Origin: Macrostomum hystrix
Lineage: Eukaryota > Animalia > Platyhelminthes
Reading direction: 5' to 3'
DNA length: 64,000 nucleotides
Assembly (NCBI GenBank): GCA_950097015.1
Contig: CATNEN010000037.1
Coordinates: 744,001 to 808,000 of the forward strand
Notes under the pieces: model-generated
What the model was told of the DNA's origin: nothing
The model's database searches: none
What the model saw: the letters and a program-made list of their open reading frames with translations, nothing else
Shown here: piece by piece, positions 62,001 through 64,000 of the stretch
How positions within the stretch are numbered: position 1 is the stretch's first letter
Layout of the letters: the number at the start of each line of letters is the position of its first letter
Program-made: the position numbers and the translations under genes

Positions 62001-63198
62001 CCAAATACTTACTGACAAGTGAACACAGGCTCATTGTTCTTTAAAATGTATCCACAAATTCCAGGATTTTTATCTTGAGATAGCTTCTCAAATTCATCCT
62101 TTGGTTTATTACTGTCAGCAATGAACTTCTCCAGTGGGTCAAGAATTTTATTGCGTGCAGACACATCTAAGAATAATAGATCAGCTTTGATCTTCGGTGC
62201 AAATATTTTTGGTACTGATGAAAAAAATAGCTCTTTCAACCCATTGGCCAGGTGGCCAGCACGGTAGTCAGAGAGCAGATCTCTCTCTTGAGCCTGCAAA
62301 ATTAGAAGAAAAATATAAAAAACAGGAATGCCCATAATTTGTCTAGCTATGATTTTTAATTTAGATCAATATATATAATACTATTACATGATAGAAGCTA
62401 TTACTGATGGGCAAGAACCAGACTTAGATATTGTAAATGCAAAATTTGTATCATACCAACAAAAGAGCACCCAATTGCTTTCTCTACAACTACATTTAGG
62501 CGCCTACCTTCAATCAAAGTGCAGGATAATAGAAAATCTATCTTATACTGATGTAGATAGCATGCAAAAATAGAGATAATATAAACCCAAAGGGGTAAAA
62601 TATTAATGATACATTAGAAAAGTCGTTCACAACATTGATATTTTTAAATTGAATTTTCTAGCATTAAATCTATGTCAAATGTTAATAGCATTAGGATTTT
62701 CAATTTTTAAATAGCATGCCAACTTAGGAAACATGAAATTTTGAATTTAAGAATTCTTGTATATCTGTTCATCAAAATATGCATTAGCAATAATAAATTT
62801 AGGTTGATTTAGTTACGGTATCGATTGTGATCCATATAAATCTAGATCTAGCTAGGCCTATCTATTCTTTAGCTAGATAAGACTAGAGAGTTTAGACTTG
62901 AGGAAATTTTTAAGTTAGATTTACAAGCCTAAAGAAGGGATTATTTAAATTTGCATAGCTTTTCTTATGGCTTTTCTTTTGTAAGGCCTTACTGAACTAA
63001 AGTTTAAGAATTGTAGAAAAAATGTATATCAACCGACGTCAAACAAAAGTTGTATTGTTTGATCCGCTTTTGATACAGACAAAAAATAATAGGCATGTTT
63101 AACTGTATCAAATATACTTAGAATATACTGATTTTAAATATCCGTTTGGTATGTACGTCAATGGCTTTCACATTTCCAGTTTCAGAATCGCCGTTCAT
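48737..63198 (-). CDS. UBR1: E3 ubiquitin ligase UBR1/UBR2 (N-recognin); exons 63198-63157 (tentative), 62293-62013, 61904-61826, 61518-61348, 59551-59345, 58610-58346, 58239-57929, 57493-57189, 56038-55742, 54938-54275, 53900-53042, 52605-51560, 51198-50520, 48987-48737 (~1818 aa)
   Basis: UBR box (FTCHDCTADPTSVMCNNCF...GYCDCGDPEAF), ClpS-like VLYNDEIHSY, LSVQLFTSPSLA, RING-like CLLCQE...SSCGHAMHLSC...CPLC and C-terminal APYVDRYGETDEYLRRGQPL. All junctions are GT-AG and phase-consistent. The first exon is low confidence. Confidence 0.93.
49260..50505. repeat. 31-bp minisatellite (GGGATACAGATAAGACACCTATCCGAATCTA), last UBR intron
   Basis: Directly visible. Confidence 0.97.
51241..51486 (+). 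mobile_element. tRNA-derived SINE, family A copy 3 (3'-truncated), antisense within UBR intron 51199-51559
   Basis: A-box TGGCAGAGCGG at 51248-51258, B-box GCTCGATTCC and the shared body. Confidence 0.87.
53925..54200. repeat. Degenerate repeat (TAGTCCGTTAGTTTTCTATAGATCGTTACT)
   Basis: Directly visible; it shares TAGTCCGTTA with the 22.8-kb array. Confidence 0.7.
54978..55530. repeat. 20-bp minisatellite (GTCTAACAGGTGAGAAACCC)
   Basis: Directly visible. Confidence 0.95.
56040..56070. repeat. (GT)n/(AC)n microsatellite abutting a UBR 3' splice site
   Basis: Directly visible. Confidence 0.95.
56105..56620 (-). mobile_element. Unclassified dispersed repeat, family B copy 2 (UBR intron)
   Basis: Reverse complement of 10018-10595. 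Confidence 0.75.
56870..57145 (-). mobile_element. tRNA-derived SINE, family A copy 4
   Basis: The minus strand carries GCTCGATTCCGCGGCGAGGCCACATT and the shared body. Confidence 0.85.
58680..59325. repeat. 20-bp minisatellite (ACATGGCTGTCAGGGTGTCA)
   Basis: Directly visible. Confidence 0.96.
59810..61190. repeat. 16-bp CT-rich minisatellite (TCTCATCTCTCCCGAG)
   Basis: Directly visible. Confidence 0.96.
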
Positions 63199-63491
63199 GA
63201 GCTATTTTTGTATCTGCGGTTGCTCTGGATCAGTTTAATCACTCGGATTTAATTTAATAAACGCCTAATGTGAAACTTTGAAACTACTACTGTAGCCTAC
63301 GTTTATTCGACGAATAGCTAGAAGAAAAAGAGCAAAAATTAAGTAAAATGTAGACACTTTAAGTATTTTATTGCAACAAGATAAAAACGAAGAAAAATCT
63401 GCTTTGAACTAAATGGAGCAGTTCCATATTTTTGCTATAACAACCTTGAGTGTTCGGTAACTGTAAATTTCCCGCTTTTAAATTATGAATT

Positions 63492-63730
63492 CTATGAATA
63501 CTCAGGAGGCAGTTTGTCAACCGGTAAGCCAATTTGACTGCCAGCTTGTGTATTGAATAAAATATATAGAAATAACTATATTTTGCTTTCTTGTTGCGAA
63601 AGTGAGACTTTTCAGCTTACTTTCTTGGAATTTAATTACTGGTGCTTCTATCAATTTGGCTCTGCCTTTTGTGCGAGTACCACTACAGAATTTTCGGCAC
63701 TTTTGTGCTGTGCTTGCCGGTAGATATAGT
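63492..63730 (-). other. Two-exon coding-like fragment (63730-63621, 63544-63492) ending in a duplicate of a UBR peptide
   Basis: 39/41-nt match of 63505-63545 to 61385-61425, with a GTAAGC donor and a phase-matched AAG acceptor. Confidence 0.4.
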
Positions 63731-64000
63731 CTGTATAGTTTACAAGTAAATATGTTTTCTATTACATACAGAAATGTTCGTTTCTTCAACACACTGGCAA
63801 GAAAATAGTAATATATAATATGTTTACTTCCAAAGAATTAGATACTGCTTCAGTATTACATTACAGAATATGCATGCTTAGTACGCTTTTTTAGTTTTTG
63901 TGTACCATAGACAGTTTATCTATATTACCTTATAATCTTAAAAGGAAGAATTCACCGCTTCCTATTCAAATTTCAGTGAAATATTTCTCTGCAAAACCCT

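Noticed and set aside
63900-63990. Further upstream coding exon for the 63.7-kb fragment
   Set aside because: The candidate AG..GT segment has stop codons in all usable frames.

Overview
Eukaryotic (metazoan) genomic DNA in the standard code: GC-rich exons separated by AT-rich, minisatellite-filled introns. The style resembles a free-living flatworm such as Macrostomum, but that is an unverified inference. By manual GT-AG splicing I reconstruct: a 5'-truncated clathrin heavy chain (+, 10 exons here), intronless SERF (+), an orphan 2-TM ORF (+), a 3-exon bacterial-type CocE/NonD (S15) hydrolase (+), a convergent white-type ABCG transporter (-), an LRR single-pass membrane gene split by a +1 frameshift (+), and a ~14-exon UBR1/2 N-recognin (-). 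Repeats include four copies of a tRNA-derived SINE, a second SINE whose B-box arm is tandemly amplified ~15x, a two-copy intronic element with an unusually conserved ~135-nt core, and more than 25 distinct mini/microsatellites. No CRISPR array, rRNA, intact tRNA or prokaryotic operon is supported. Best leads are the candidate horizontally acquired hydrolase, the B-box array, the conserved intronic core, an alternative clathrin C-terminal exon, and a duplicated UBR peptide exon upstream of a compositional break.
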